Source: Candidatus Poribacteria bacterium (GTDB lineage Bacteria; Poribacteria; WGA-4E; GCA-2687025). Taken from it: a DNA stretch of 64,000 nucleotides. The notes beneath the pieces were generated by a model. That model did no database searches, was not told the DNA's origin, and saw nothing but the letters and a program-made list of their open reading frames with translations. The DNA lies in the NCBI GenBank assembly GCA_963665845.2, contig OY762492.1, positions 2,304,001-2,368,000 of the forward strand. The letters run 5' to 3'. Both the position numbers and the translations under genes were made by a program. Each line of letters begins with the position of its first letter. The stretch's first letter is position 1. This document shows, piece after piece, positions 30,493 to 41,456 of the stretch.

Positions 30493-32046
30493 TCATCGAC
30501 GGCGCATCAACGCGCATGGGATCAGCATCTCCTCCATCGAAATTCCCCCATGCTGAAAGCCGCCCTTCAATTTTTCGCGATATATCTGGTAATCGCTTGG
30601 GTACACAAAGTAGTAATCTTCTTTTGCAAACACGTAGTTTTTGCCCGGAAAATCGGACGGCAGGCGGTATTCCGACGGGCTGACTGACGCCGCCGCCGAC
30701 TCCTCCGCGCATTGAACGCGCTTGCCAAACTTGAAGCGCAAGCCGGACGCCGTGTCCCTGTCGCCGAACACCTTCGACGCCCGATTGCACAAGACAGACC
30801 CATGATCCGTTGTGACGACCACGGCTGCGCCCTTGTCGCCCATCAAACGAAAGATCTCATACAGGTCCGAATTTTGAAACCATGAACGAAATAGCGAGCA
30901 GAAGGACGCCTCATCCGGCGCAATCTGACGCAGAAGCTCCGAATGGGAACGCTCATGCGTCAAGGCGTCCACAAAATTCACCACCAAACAAGCCAAACTG
31001 AATCGGTCATAGGACGCGACGCGCTTGCGGTACAGCCGCCCGCCCTCTGGATCAAAGATTTTGAAGTAACGCGGCGCCGGCCACAGCTCCAAACCGCTCC
31101 GCTCCAACTTCAGCTCCAAAAGGCGTTTCTCATGCCGATTCAAACTCTCCGCCGAACGTACATCCTCCGACCAGCAATCTGGGTGCCGTTCGGCAATCTC
31201 CGACGGAAACAGTCCGCTAAACAGCGCGTTGCGGGCGTACGCGGTCGCCGTCGGCAAGACGCCGTAATACAGCTCCGTTTCAATATGAAAGATCTCCGCC
31301 AGCAGCGGCTGTATCGTCAGCCACAGGTCGTAGCGCATGCAATCGATAACGACGAAAAAGACAGGCGTCCCCTCCCGCAGATGCGGCAGAACATGCCTGT
31401 CCAGAACATCAACCGAGAGCGGCGGAGAATCGCTGTCGCCCCGCGCCCAGGAGCCGTAATGATCCGCGGCGTAGTTGGAAAAACGGCGGTTCAGGTCGGC
31501 GCGCAGCTCCGCATGGTTGGCGTCCAGCCCAACCGCTTTCAGCTCCTCGATGCGCATGTCCCAGGCGCACAGCTGCCGATACGCCTCGATCCACCCGCGC
31601 CAGTCCAGCTCGGCGTCGGTCAACGCGGACAGCTCCCTGTATGCGTTCAGATACTGCGCGGCGGCTCCTTCCGCCTCGACGCGCTTTCGGTCTAAGAGGC
31701 GGCGCAGCGTCCGCGCCACCTGCACCGCCTGCGTCGGCTTCACCAGGAAATCGTCCACCCGCCCGCGCAGCGCCTCGTCCATGAGCGCATCCTCATGGCT
31801 TTGAGTGATCATGACGACCGGCAGAAGCGGGTAGCTTGCCTTGATGGCGTCCAGCGCCTCCAGCCCGCTCATGCCGACCATGTGATGATCCAGCAGCGCG
31901 GCGTCGAACCTTTTTTCTGCAAGAAGGGCGAGTCCGTCGCGCGCGTTGGAAGCGGGCGTCACGCGGTAGCCGCGGCTTTGCAGGAAAAGCGTATGCGACC
32001 GCAGCGAGTCGATCTCGTCGTCAATCCATAGAATTTCTTGCGTCAT
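30493..32046 (-). CDS. porX: PorX-family response regulator (receiver plus PglZ/alkaline-phosphatase domain)
   Basis: Receiver 'ILWIDDE...LLD...KP'; PglZ motifs 'IDCMRYD', 'LPTATAYARNALFSG', 'VDALTH', 'TTDHG', 'FQHGGISMEEMLIP'; 517 aa, the size of PorX. Confidence 0.9.
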   Translation of the reverse strand: MTQEILWIDDEIDSLRSHTLFLQSRGYRVTPASNARDGLALLAEKRFDAALLDHHMVGMSGLEALDAIKASYPLLPVVMITQSHEDALMDEALRGRVDDFLVKPTQAVQVARTLRRLLDRKRVEAEGAAAQYLNAYRELSALTDAELDWRGWIEAYRQLCAWDMRIEELKAVGLDANHAELRADLNRRFSNYAADHYGSWARGDSDSPPLSVDVLDRHVLPHLREGTPVFFVVIDCMRYDLWLTIQPLLAEIFHIETELYYGVLPTATAYARNALFSGLFPSEIAERHPDCWSEDVRSAESLNRHEKRLLELKLERSGLELWPAPRYFKIFDPEGGRLYRKRVASYDRFSLACLVVNFVDALTHERSHSELLRQIAPDEASFCSLFRSWFQNSDLYEIFRLMGDKGAAVVVTTDHGSVLCNRASKVFGDRDTASGLRFKFGKRVQCAEESAAASVSPSEYRLPSDFPGKNYVFAKEDYYFVYPSDYQIYREKLKGGFQHGGISMEEMLIPCALMRRR

Positions 32047-33551
32047 GGCGTTGTTGATGCTGAATCCCCGCCTGCGTTTGCTGCTGCCGGCAGCTCCACT
32101 CGAAACGTTGAGCCGCCCGATCCCGTTTTCACAAGGGCGATGCGCCCCTCAAACGGACCTTCCACGATGCGCCTTGCGAGCGCGAGGCCGATGCCCCATC
32201 CGCCCGCTTTTGTGGTGAAGCCCGGCTCAAAGATGCGCCGCCGGTCGGAACGAGCGACGCCGCCGCCGTTGTCCGTTACCTTAATAATAACACATTTAGA
32301 TCGAAACGCAAAGTCCGCGGAGACCTCTATCGTCCCTTTTTGCGTTTGATCAGGGCGATTTGCGACCGCGTCCGCCGCGTTTCGCACCAAATTGTCGATC
32401 ACCCAGCGCAATAGCGCCTCATTCGCCCGCACCTGCGGAACCGATTCATACCGCTCCAAAATATCGATCCCGCCGCCGAGCTGCGGGAGTCGTTCACGGA
32501 AATAGGAGGCGGAGGAACGCGCCGCCTCGACCGCATCCACCGGGCGAAGCCGAGGCGCGTTTCCAATCTCCGAAAAACGCGCCGCCACCTGACGCAGCCG
32601 CTCAACGTCGCGCCGCATCTCCGCATGAATGTCGACCTCGGAGTCGGCGCCTTCGTCCGCGAGATTGATCCAGCCCATCAGCGACGAAATCGGCGAGCCG
32701 AGCTGATGGGCGCCCTCCTTCGCCAGCCCCGCCCAGACCGCCGCCTGCTCCTGCGAACGGACGCGCCGATACAACGGAACGGCGCCCAGCGCAAACAGCA
32801 GCGCTAAAAATATCTGAATATACGGCATCCACTCCAGCGCGCGCAGCGGCGGCAGCTCATAATAAAAAACGCCCTGCGCCAAGCGCGGATTGATCTGGAG
32901 ATCGTCTACGCGGTTGAAACGCTCCGCGCCGCGCATGAACGCCCGCGCCTTCTGCAGCCCCTCTGGGTTCGTCGCCGGCGTCTCCCATTGTCCGTATATC
33001 CGCCAGCCGACAGGGTTGCCGTCCACATCCGCGACGGCAAGCGGTATCTCCGACAGCAGCTCCACATCCACATCGCCGTAGTAAAGCCGCCCGATGATGC
33101 GCCGCTGCTGATAGTCGGGCGGATACTCGATGGGTATGCGGTTTTTAGGGCGCCGGCGCATTCTTGAAAGCGTCGACTCAAGGCGTTTGCGCTGGGCGTC
33201 GGCAAGCGGCTCGTTCGCGTCCAGACGGCGCTGCAGCTCGGCGTTCATGCCGCGCGCTAGAACCGCCTCCCCCTGCGCGTCGACGATGATAAAACGCAGC
33301 CCGCTGCCGGATGAGACGCCGCGAATCGCCTGCGCGACGCGGTCGCTCGTCTCCTTGTCGTCGATGACCGGCACATAGGAATAAAGGCGCGCCAGCGGCT
33401 CCACAAAGGCGCGGCTTTGATCCTCTAGCCGACCGACGATCCAGTTGGTGTAAAGGACGAAGCCGGCAAACAGAACGACCGCGCCCGCCAAGCCGTAGAG
33501 GCGAAGCAAACCTGCCGCGGATGCGCGCCGAAGCCTCGCCAACAAGCTCAT
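32043..33551 (-). CDS. porY: Membrane sensor histidine kinase, PorY-like
   Basis: Two TM segments; 'PYIQ...VWAGLAKEGAHQLGSPISSLMGW' H-box typical of the Bacteroidota PorY-like family; N, G1, F and G2 boxes ('NLVRNA', 'DNGGG', 'IFEPGFTTK..GWGIGL'); 4-bp overlap with porX. Confidence 0.75.
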   Translation of the reverse strand: MSLLARLRRASAAGLLRLYGLAGAVVLFAGFVLYTNWIVGRLEDQSRAFVEPLARLYSYVPVIDDKETSDRVAQAIRGVSSGSGLRFIIVDAQGEAVLARGMNAELQRRLDANEPLADAQRKRLESTLSRMRRRPKNRIPIEYPPDYQQRRIIGRLYYGDVDVELLSEIPLAVADVDGNPVGWRIYGQWETPATNPEGLQKARAFMRGAERFNRVDDLQINPRLAQGVFYYELPPLRALEWMPYIQIFLALLFALGAVPLYRRVRSQEQAAVWAGLAKEGAHQLGSPISSLMGWINLADEGADSEVDIHAEMRRDVERLRQVAARFSEIGNAPRLRPVDAVEAARSSASYFRERLPQLGGGIDILERYESVPQVRANEALLRWVIDNLVRNAADAVANRPDQTQKGTIEVSADFAFRSKCVIIKVTDNGGGVARSDRRRIFEPGFTTKAGGWGIGLALARRIVEGPFEGRIALVKTGSGGSTFRVELPAAANAGGDSASTTP

Positions 33552-33610
33552 TTAACCTCGTTCCTTGAGTTAGGACAATTCTGAACGGACGTCTTACCGC
33601 AAGGGCGACA

Positions 33611-33701
33611 GCGCCTGCGTCGGCTAAGATTCCCGCTTACGCGGGAATGACGGCCTTGGGCGCCTGCGGCGGCTAAGATTCCCGCTTACGCGGGAATGAC
33701 G
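33611..33701 (-). repeat. Two tandem CGTC-type REP palindromes (49-bp period)
   Basis: gattcccgcttacgcgggaatgacg at 33628-33652 and 33677-33701. Confidence 0.9.
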
Positions 33702-33720
33702 ACCAGGTAGACAACGCTCT

Positions 33721-35715
<1,995 letters not shown>

Positions 35716-35806
35716 GAACGGCGCTCTCCATATGTTTTACCTGACCCCGCTCCTTAGAATTGCAGCAATTCTGAATGCGAATGCGGACGGCCTCTGCGGC
35801 ACTTAA

Positions 35807-35831
35807 GATTCCCGCTTACGCGGGAATGACG
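35807..35831 (-). repeat. CGTC-type REP palindrome
   Basis: gattcccgcttacgcgggaatgacg. Confidence 0.9.
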
Positions 35832-35859
35832 ATATGCGGCGCGGCGCTCTCCGTATGCC

Positions 35860-37314
35860 TTACGGTTCCCAATCCTCTCGGATGTAAAGAGCCGCGCGGT
35901 TGTCTTCTTTAATGCGGTTTTTCCAGTACATGTTGCCTTCAAAATCGAGCCGCTCATACCCTTCAAAATCCCTGTTCGGTTTGGAGACGATGATGGCGTC
36001 CGGTTTCCCCTCTAGGAGCTTTTTGATGTCCCCGTCGCGCGCGACCGAGTCGCCCCATCCCTGCCGATTCGGGTCGTCCGGCTTTTCCCATCTCCAGTAG
36101 GCGGGCGGGTTGCCGTTGTTGTGGTTTGAGAACAGGTTGCTTTTGAAGTAGGGCTGGAAGGTTGTCGACCAGAAGTTCAAGCCGATCACGTTGCCGTTTT
36201 CCAAGCCGCGCTCTTTGACGGCGGCGGACAGCTGTTTCCCCGGCGAATATTCGCTTGACCAGTCGCCGCGGGAGACCTGAACCGTCCAGAATATCTGAAC
36301 GGCGCAGAATGCCAAACATGCAGCCGCCATCGCCCAGCGCATGAATTTCGGCTCCCAACGGCGCGGCTCAATCGACTTGTCAAAACTGACCCAGACCGCA
36401 AACAGCCACCAAAGCACAAGGACGCCCTCATGCCAGCCGTTGAAATACTTGATGCCGAACAGCGTCATAATGCAGAGCGTCGGCGCGAGGTAGATGTACA
36501 GCGTCCGCCGAAAATAGAACCAGACAAGCGAGACGGCGACAATCGGCAGCGTCAAGATCCACCGCTCCGTCATGGAGGCGTTCAGCGCGTATTTCGCCGT
36601 GTTGAAGGGACCCTTCCATGCGTTGAGCAGGTCGTTCCAGTTGATATGCCAGCGGTAGAAGGTGGAGTTTTCGGGCTGCCACAGCTGATAGATCAAGAAC
36701 AAGCCGGCGGCGACATAGGACCCGAAACAGAGCCAGTACGTGCGCTTCTGCTCCTCGGACAGCTCGGCGCGGCGCATCAGCGCTTCCACAAAAAAGGCGA
36801 TCATGATACATCCCGCGCCGACGGCGGGGAAAACGCTCGTGAAGGTCAACAGGGCGCAGATCAGGACGAACCGCCATGGGCGCTCATGCCGCCGCGGGTA
36901 TTCATGCGCGAGCCAGAACATCAGCAGCGGCAGCAGAACATAACTGCGCGCGACGACCGCATACTGATAAAAAAGAAAGTAGGTGAACGGAACCGCCAAA
37001 CGAACCGCCAACGGAACCGGCGACCGCAGCGTCCAGAGCAGCGCGCCCGCGATGCCGAATAGGACGGCGACGACCGTCATCGCGCCGTATGGGAGCGTCT
37101 TCGCAAACGGCGTCAGGACAAGATACCAAAGGATCGGATGCCCCTCGTAGCGCAGGACATCAACCGCCATCTGGATCGGGTTCGAGTCGCGCGCGATGAG
37201 CCACGCCTGCGCCTCGTCCGCCCACGGCTCATGACGCAGCGCGACCGCCGCGACGCCGACCGCATAAACCGCCGCGCCTACCCAAACAACATACCGCCAA
37301 CGCGATGTTTCCAT
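35860..37314 (-). CDS. Polytopic membrane protein, probable GT-C-fold glycosyltransferase
   Basis: Real start is probably ATG 37314 (GGAGG upstream). 'HEPWADEAQAW', 'YEGHPILWY', 'ARSY' and about ten hydrophobic segments, as in PMT/ArnT-like enzymes. Confidence 0.7.
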   Translation of the reverse strand: METSRWRYVVWVGAAVYAVGVAAVALRHEPWADEAQAWLIARDSNPIQMAVDVLRYEGHPILWYLVLTPFAKTLPYGAMTVVAVLFGIAGALLWTLRSPVPLAVRLAVPFTYFLFYQYAVVARSYVLLPLLMFWLAHEYPRRHERPWRFVLICALLTFTSVFPAVGAGCIMIAFFVEALMRRAELSEEQKRTYWLCFGSYVAAGLFLIYQLWQPENSTFYRWHINWNDLLNAWKGPFNTAKYALNASMTERWILTLPIVAVSLVWFYFRRTLYIYLAPTLCIMTLFGIKYFNGWHEGVLVLWWLFAVWVSFDKSIEPRRWEPKFMRWAMAAACLAFCAVQIFWTVQVSRGDWSSEYSPGKQLSAAVKERGLENGNVIGLNFWSTTFQPYFKSNLFSNHNNGNPPAYWRWEKPDDPNRQGWGDSVARDGDIKKLLEGKPDAIIVSKPNRDFEGYERLDFEGNMYWKNRIKEDNRAALYIREDWEP

Positions 37315-37533
37315 GTTCCGCCCTCCCGCCCCTAGTGTCGCATATTTTCCCGCGCCGCGTAAGCGCCTATAGGCTGCCTCCGTCCGCGCGCTTGACTTTA
37401 ACAACGAAATGCGCGATCTTAACATCGCGAAAGGGAGGCTGCCATGAACAACGCAAGCGGCGCGCTGAACTCTGCGGAGGAGTATATCCGCCGCGGGAAT
37501 GAATTGAAACGCGACGGAAAGAAGGAGCGGCGC

Positions 37534-38805
37534 ATGAAAAAAAGAGTTCAGGTTCTGATGGCGGTTGGCGTTCTTCTTGCCGCCGCGGTTGTGATGTTTC
37601 AAAGAAACCGGTCGGCGGACACTTCGGAGATTCCCGCGCCGGAGAAGGTCAAGCCGAGCCAGGTTTCCGGCGATGCGGAGGAGGGCGGCGGCGCGGCGGC
37701 TGCTGCGGAAAACGTTCTTGAAAGCGTTGAAGAGTTGAGCGCTGATCAGCTGCAGATGGTTCGGATTGTGGAGCGCATGGAGGCGGGGACGGCGGACGAC
37801 GCTGACCATGCGCTTCTGAATGAGCTGTTTAATCGGCTGTATCCGGAAGTCGCCGCCCAGGTTCCCAACACCAGCATGGCGGATGCGGTCAAGGGCTGGC
37901 TGTATAGGATGTCGCCTGCGGCGGAAGCGGAAGCGAAAGCGCAAGTGGCGGAGAACTATCGTCGAAAGACGGCGGGGGCGGAGTATGACATTGAACGCGC
38001 TTTGGCTGACATCGGATACGCGGAGGAACACATAAAAAGTGCGCAGGAAGCGTTAAAAGAGGCGGAACCTGGGACTTACAAGGCACGATGGCTAAAAAAA
38101 GACCTCGAAGCGCCCCTGGACCCTTGGGTTGACGCCACCGACGCCGCGATGGCGGAGACGCTGACCGGTCCTGCGGAGAGGCTGTTTGGCGCGGCGGAGA
38201 AGGAGGCGCAGGCGGCGGAGAACCTTTTGACCCGCGCCCAGGCGCTCCGCAGGGCATGGGTTCAGTCTAAAGACGCCTATTTGACGGTTGAGAGCTGGAC
38301 AGACACTCCTGCCGAGGTGAGACGCGCGGAGTCGGCGTATAGGGCTGCAGAAGCGGCGATGAGGGAGGCGGAAGACGCATACAGCCGCGCCAAAGACGAA
38401 TATGCTGCAGCCGATGACGTGGCCAGAGAGCAGAGGCTGTTTTATCAGAGAGAGCATTATATCTCTTTGGACGAAGAGCGTTATGCTGACCGCCCAGAGA
38501 GCGAAGAGTTGAATCGTCTGGGGCAGAAGGTTCGGGAATCTGCGCAGCGCTTGTTGGCGTATCGAGAGGCGCGTTTGGCATTTTATCGGTCGGGTCAAGA
38601 GGAGTCGCGTGAAAGCAGGGCGTCGGCGCGTAAGAAAGACAGCGAACTGGGCGATGCCCTAAGGGCCGCCGAGAAGGAACTTGTCGCTGCCCAGACAGAG
38701 GCCCATTGGGAGCTATTGAGCCGTACTTTGCGGCCCGAAGATCTGGAGAAACTTGCGCCGCAGTATGATGAACTGCGCCGTCTGCGGCGCGGGGAAACCG
38801 AATAA
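37534..38805 (+). CDS. Hypothetical N-terminally anchored or secreted alpha-helical (coiled-coil) protein
   Basis: AAGGAG plus ATG 37534 gives 'MKKRVQVLMAVGVLLAAAVVMF'; Ala/Glu/Arg-rich helical body; alternative in-frame start at 37444. Confidence 0.75.
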   Translation: MKKRVQVLMAVGVLLAAAVVMFQRNRSADTSEIPAPEKVKPSQVSGDAEEGGGAAAAAENVLESVEELSADQLQMVRIVERMEAGTADDADHALLNELFNRLYPEVAAQVPNTSMADAVKGWLYRMSPAAEAEAKAQVAENYRRKTAGAEYDIERALADIGYAEEHIKSAQEALKEAEPGTYKARWLKKDLEAPLDPWVDATDAAMAETLTGPAERLFGAAEKEAQAAENLLTRAQALRRAWVQSKDAYLTVESWTDTPAEVRRAESAYRAAEAAMREAEDAYSRAKDEYAAADDVAREQRLFYQREHYISLDEERYADRPESEELNRLGQKVRESAQRLLAYREARLAFYRSGQEESRESRASARKKDSELGDALRAAEKELVAAQTEAHWELLSRTLRPEDLEKLAPQYDELRRLRRGETE

Positions 38806-39065
38806 CCTGAAACGGACGCATATCGGCGTTTTGACGGGCGGCGGTTTGGAATCGGGTGCCTGTACGCCGATGTGCGCGTTTCTAATTGAGCGCAAACCGA
38901 TCGGCTGAACGGGCGGAGCGTATAGCGGAAGCGTCGGCGCGGATTCTGAACGCCGATATGCGCCGCTGACACACCCGCAAGCCGCGCGCTTAAACGGTTT
39001 GCGGGTTGGGTTGACGAACGCTGCTGCAAAATTGAGCGTCGCCGCCTGTACAACGCCCGGTCAGA

Positions 39066-39219
39066 GGCAGTCTCTATAGGCGATGATTATGGTTTAGAGG
39101 GTTCCGTTTGGAATGCGAAGGTTGTCTGGGAAAACTCTGGATTCCCGCTTGCGCGGGAATGACGATCTGGATCGACAGGCCGTCGCGCAAAATGAATATC
39201 ATCGCCTGTAGGTACTGCC
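39066..39219. mobile_element. 154-bp MITE with ~21-bp terminal inverted repeats, 8-bp target duplication and an internal REP
   Basis: Left end GGCAGTCTCTATAGGCGATGA; right end (reverse complement) GGCAGTACCTACAGGCGATGA; CGGTCAGA at 39058-39065 and 39220-39227; REP at 39140-39164. Confidence 0.85.
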
Positions 39220-39297
39220 CGGTCAGACTTAGCCTTGCGCAAACCGCCCCCACCCCCTACAATAGCGCATAACGGCAACTCTCCAAAGGCGGCGCGC

Positions 39298-40593
39298 ATG
39301 AACAAGCCCAACATCGTATATCTGCTCCTAGACGACCTCGGCCCCTACGAGCTTTCCTGCTTAGGGCATCCGACGCTGAAAACGCCCAACCTGGATCGTC
39401 TCATACGCAGCGGCATGCGTTTTGAGAACGCGTACTCCGGCGCGCCGGTTTGCGCGCCCGCCCGCAGCGCGCTCATGACGGGTCAGCACACTGGGCATAC
39501 CTCCGTGCGCGGCAACTTAGGCGGCATACCGCTCCTGAAGGAGGATTTCACCGCCGCCCAAATGCTCAAAGACGCGGGCTACGCAACCGGCGGATTCGGC
39601 AAATGGGGCTGCGGAGACGCAGGAACCGACGGCGCCCCCGAAAAACATGGCTTCGACCTGTTCTACGGCTACTACCACCAAGTCCACGCCCACGCGTATT
39701 TCACCGACTACCTATGGCGCAACGGCGAACGGGTCGACCTAGAAGACGGCGCCTATTCCCAGTATCGGATTCACGACGAGGCGAAGCGGTTCATCCGTCA
39801 AAACCGAGACCGCCCCTTCTTTTGCTATCTTCCGTACACGCCGCCGCACGGCCGCTTTGAGATACCGGACAGCGACCCAGGCTGGCAGCAATATAAAGAC
39901 AAGCCATGGGAAGAAGGCCCCCGAAAAAGAGCCGCCATGATCAGCATGGTTGACCGGCATGCCGGGGAGATTCTGGACCTGCTGGACGAGCTGAATTTAA
40001 CCGAGAACACGCTCCTGCTGTTCGCTTCCGACAACGGCGGCGGGCGCGAATTCAACGACTTCTTCAAGCCGAATCGCGAACTGAAAGGCAGTAAAGGAAA
40101 CCTGTACGAAGGCGGGATACGGGTTCCGTTTGCAGCGCGTTGGCCGGGTCGCATTGAGCCGAATTCCGTATGCGCCTTTCCAACCTATTTCCCGGACTTT
40201 CTGCCTACAGCGGCGGAGATGGCCGACGCCCCCCTTCCGCCGGACATAGACGGCGTTTCCATCGCGCCTTCGTTCTTAGGCGAAAGCGAACGGCAAACGG
40301 AGCGCGGCTTTCTTTACTGGGAATACAGGCGGGTCGCCAACTGGCAAAAGCAGACCTACGCCGAAAGAGGGCTTCAACAGGCGGTTCGGCAAGGGAAATG
40401 GAAGATCGCGCGGATGAGCCTGGACGAGCCGTTTCAGCTGTACGATCTCGAAAACGACCCGAACGAAACGACCGACCTTGCGGGCGAACATCCGCAGCGC
40501 GCCGCGGAGATGGCGCGTCTCGCCGAGGCGTCCCATACGCCGCCTCCGCCGCAAACGGAGCCTGAAATGCCGCCCGGCAAGCGTTTCCGATAG
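39298..40593 (+). CDS. Arylsulfatase (S1)
   Basis: 'MNKPNIVYLLLDDLG', 'VCAPARSALMTG', 'GKWG', 'SDNG', 'KGNLYEGGIRVP'. Confidence 0.95.
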   Translation: MNKPNIVYLLLDDLGPYELSCLGHPTLKTPNLDRLIRSGMRFENAYSGAPVCAPARSALMTGQHTGHTSVRGNLGGIPLLKEDFTAAQMLKDAGYATGGFGKWGCGDAGTDGAPEKHGFDLFYGYYHQVHAHAYFTDYLWRNGERVDLEDGAYSQYRIHDEAKRFIRQNRDRPFFCYLPYTPPHGRFEIPDSDPGWQQYKDKPWEEGPRKRAAMISMVDRHAGEILDLLDELNLTENTLLLFASDNGGGREFNDFFKPNRELKGSKGNLYEGGIRVPFAARWPGRIEPNSVCAFPTYFPDFLPTAAEMADAPLPPDIDGVSIAPSFLGESERQTERGFLYWEYRRVANWQKQTYAERGLQQAVRQGKWKIARMSLDEPFQLYDLENDPNETTDLAGEHPQRAAEMARLAEASHTPPPPQTEPEMPPGKRFR

Positions 40594-40601
40594 TTCGGAT
40601 C

Positions 40602-41456
40602 ATGTTAAAGGCGCATCCGTATATCTGGCAGGACGGGAAGATTCGGCGCGGCAGCGAGGCGGTCGTATCCGCTCTCTCGCCCGGTTTTTTATACGGGGTC
40701 GGCGCGTTTGAGACGGCGCGCTGGCGCGTCGGTAAAAGGGTCTTCAGGCTTCATGAACATGCGCAGCGGATGGCGCGCGCCCTCCGTTATCTGAATATGC
40801 CGGCTCCGCCCGCCGATCCGGACGCCATGAAACGCGCCGCCGAGACCGTCGCCGAAGCGAACCGCCTGAACGAAGACGCCGCCGTCCGATGGACATGCGC
40901 CCTCGGCGCGGACGGGGAGTTGATCAACATCGTTCATATGCGACCCTTGCCGTATGATAAAGAGAAGTTGGAAGCGGGTCTTTCCGCCGTCTCTTTTATC
41001 ATGGAAAGAGGAGAAGAGGCTCAATATAAAACGCTCAATTACGCGCCTTTGCTCTTGGCGAAGCAGGCGGCTCTTCGCGCCGGCTGCGATGAAGCGGTCT
41101 TAATAGACAAAAATGGCAGCGTCTTGGAGGCTTCAACCGCCAACCTGTTCATGGTTAAAGACGGACAACTTGCGACGCCGCCCGACGACCTGCCGATACT
41201 GTCCGGCGTGACGCGCAAGGCGGTTCTAGAAGCGGCGCGGGAATGCGGCGTCGCCGCCGGTGAAAAAATGATCAAGGCGCGGGAGCTGGAGCGGGCGGAG
41301 GAGGCGTTCCTGACAAACGCGACGGGAGGGGTCATGCCGCTCGCGCGGTTGAACGGACAGCGCATCGGAAAATCGGAGGCGGGGCTGTTGCCCATAACGG
41401 AGGCGGTTCAAACGGCGCTCGCGCGGATGACAGCGCGGGAAATGGACGGGGCATGA
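40602..41456 (+). CDS. Class IV PLP aminotransferase / aminodeoxychorismate lyase-like
   Basis: 'GFLYGVGAFET', 'YKTLNY', 'EASTANLF', 'LSGVTR', 'EAFLTNA'. Confidence 0.9.
   Translation: MLKAHPYIWQDGKIRRGSEAVVSALSPGFLYGVGAFETARWRVGKRVFRLHEHAQRMARALRYLNMPAPPADPDAMKRAAETVAEANRLNEDAAVRWTCALGADGELINIVHMRPLPYDKEKLEAGLSAVSFIMERGEEAQYKTLNYAPLLLAKQAALRAGCDEAVLIDKNGSVLEASTANLFMVKDGQLATPPDDLPILSGVTRKAVLEAARECGVAAGEKMIKARELERAEEAFLTNATGGVMPLARLNGQRIGKSEAGLLPITEAVQTALARMTAREMDGA

Noticed and set aside
30493-32046. PglZ domain as evidence of a BREX defence system
   Set aside because: It is fused to a receiver domain in PorX architecture, and no brxC, pglX or brxL is nearby.
33611-33701. Repeat-spacer-repeat as a mini CRISPR (also 47030-47136 and 59560-59670)
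   Set aside because: The units are the dispersed REP palindrome, the intervening sequence is partly repeated, and there are no cas genes.
37315-38031. N-terminal extension of the 723-aa minus-strand ORF
   Set aside because: It overlaps the plus-strand gene; the protein-like sequence and RBS begin at 37314.
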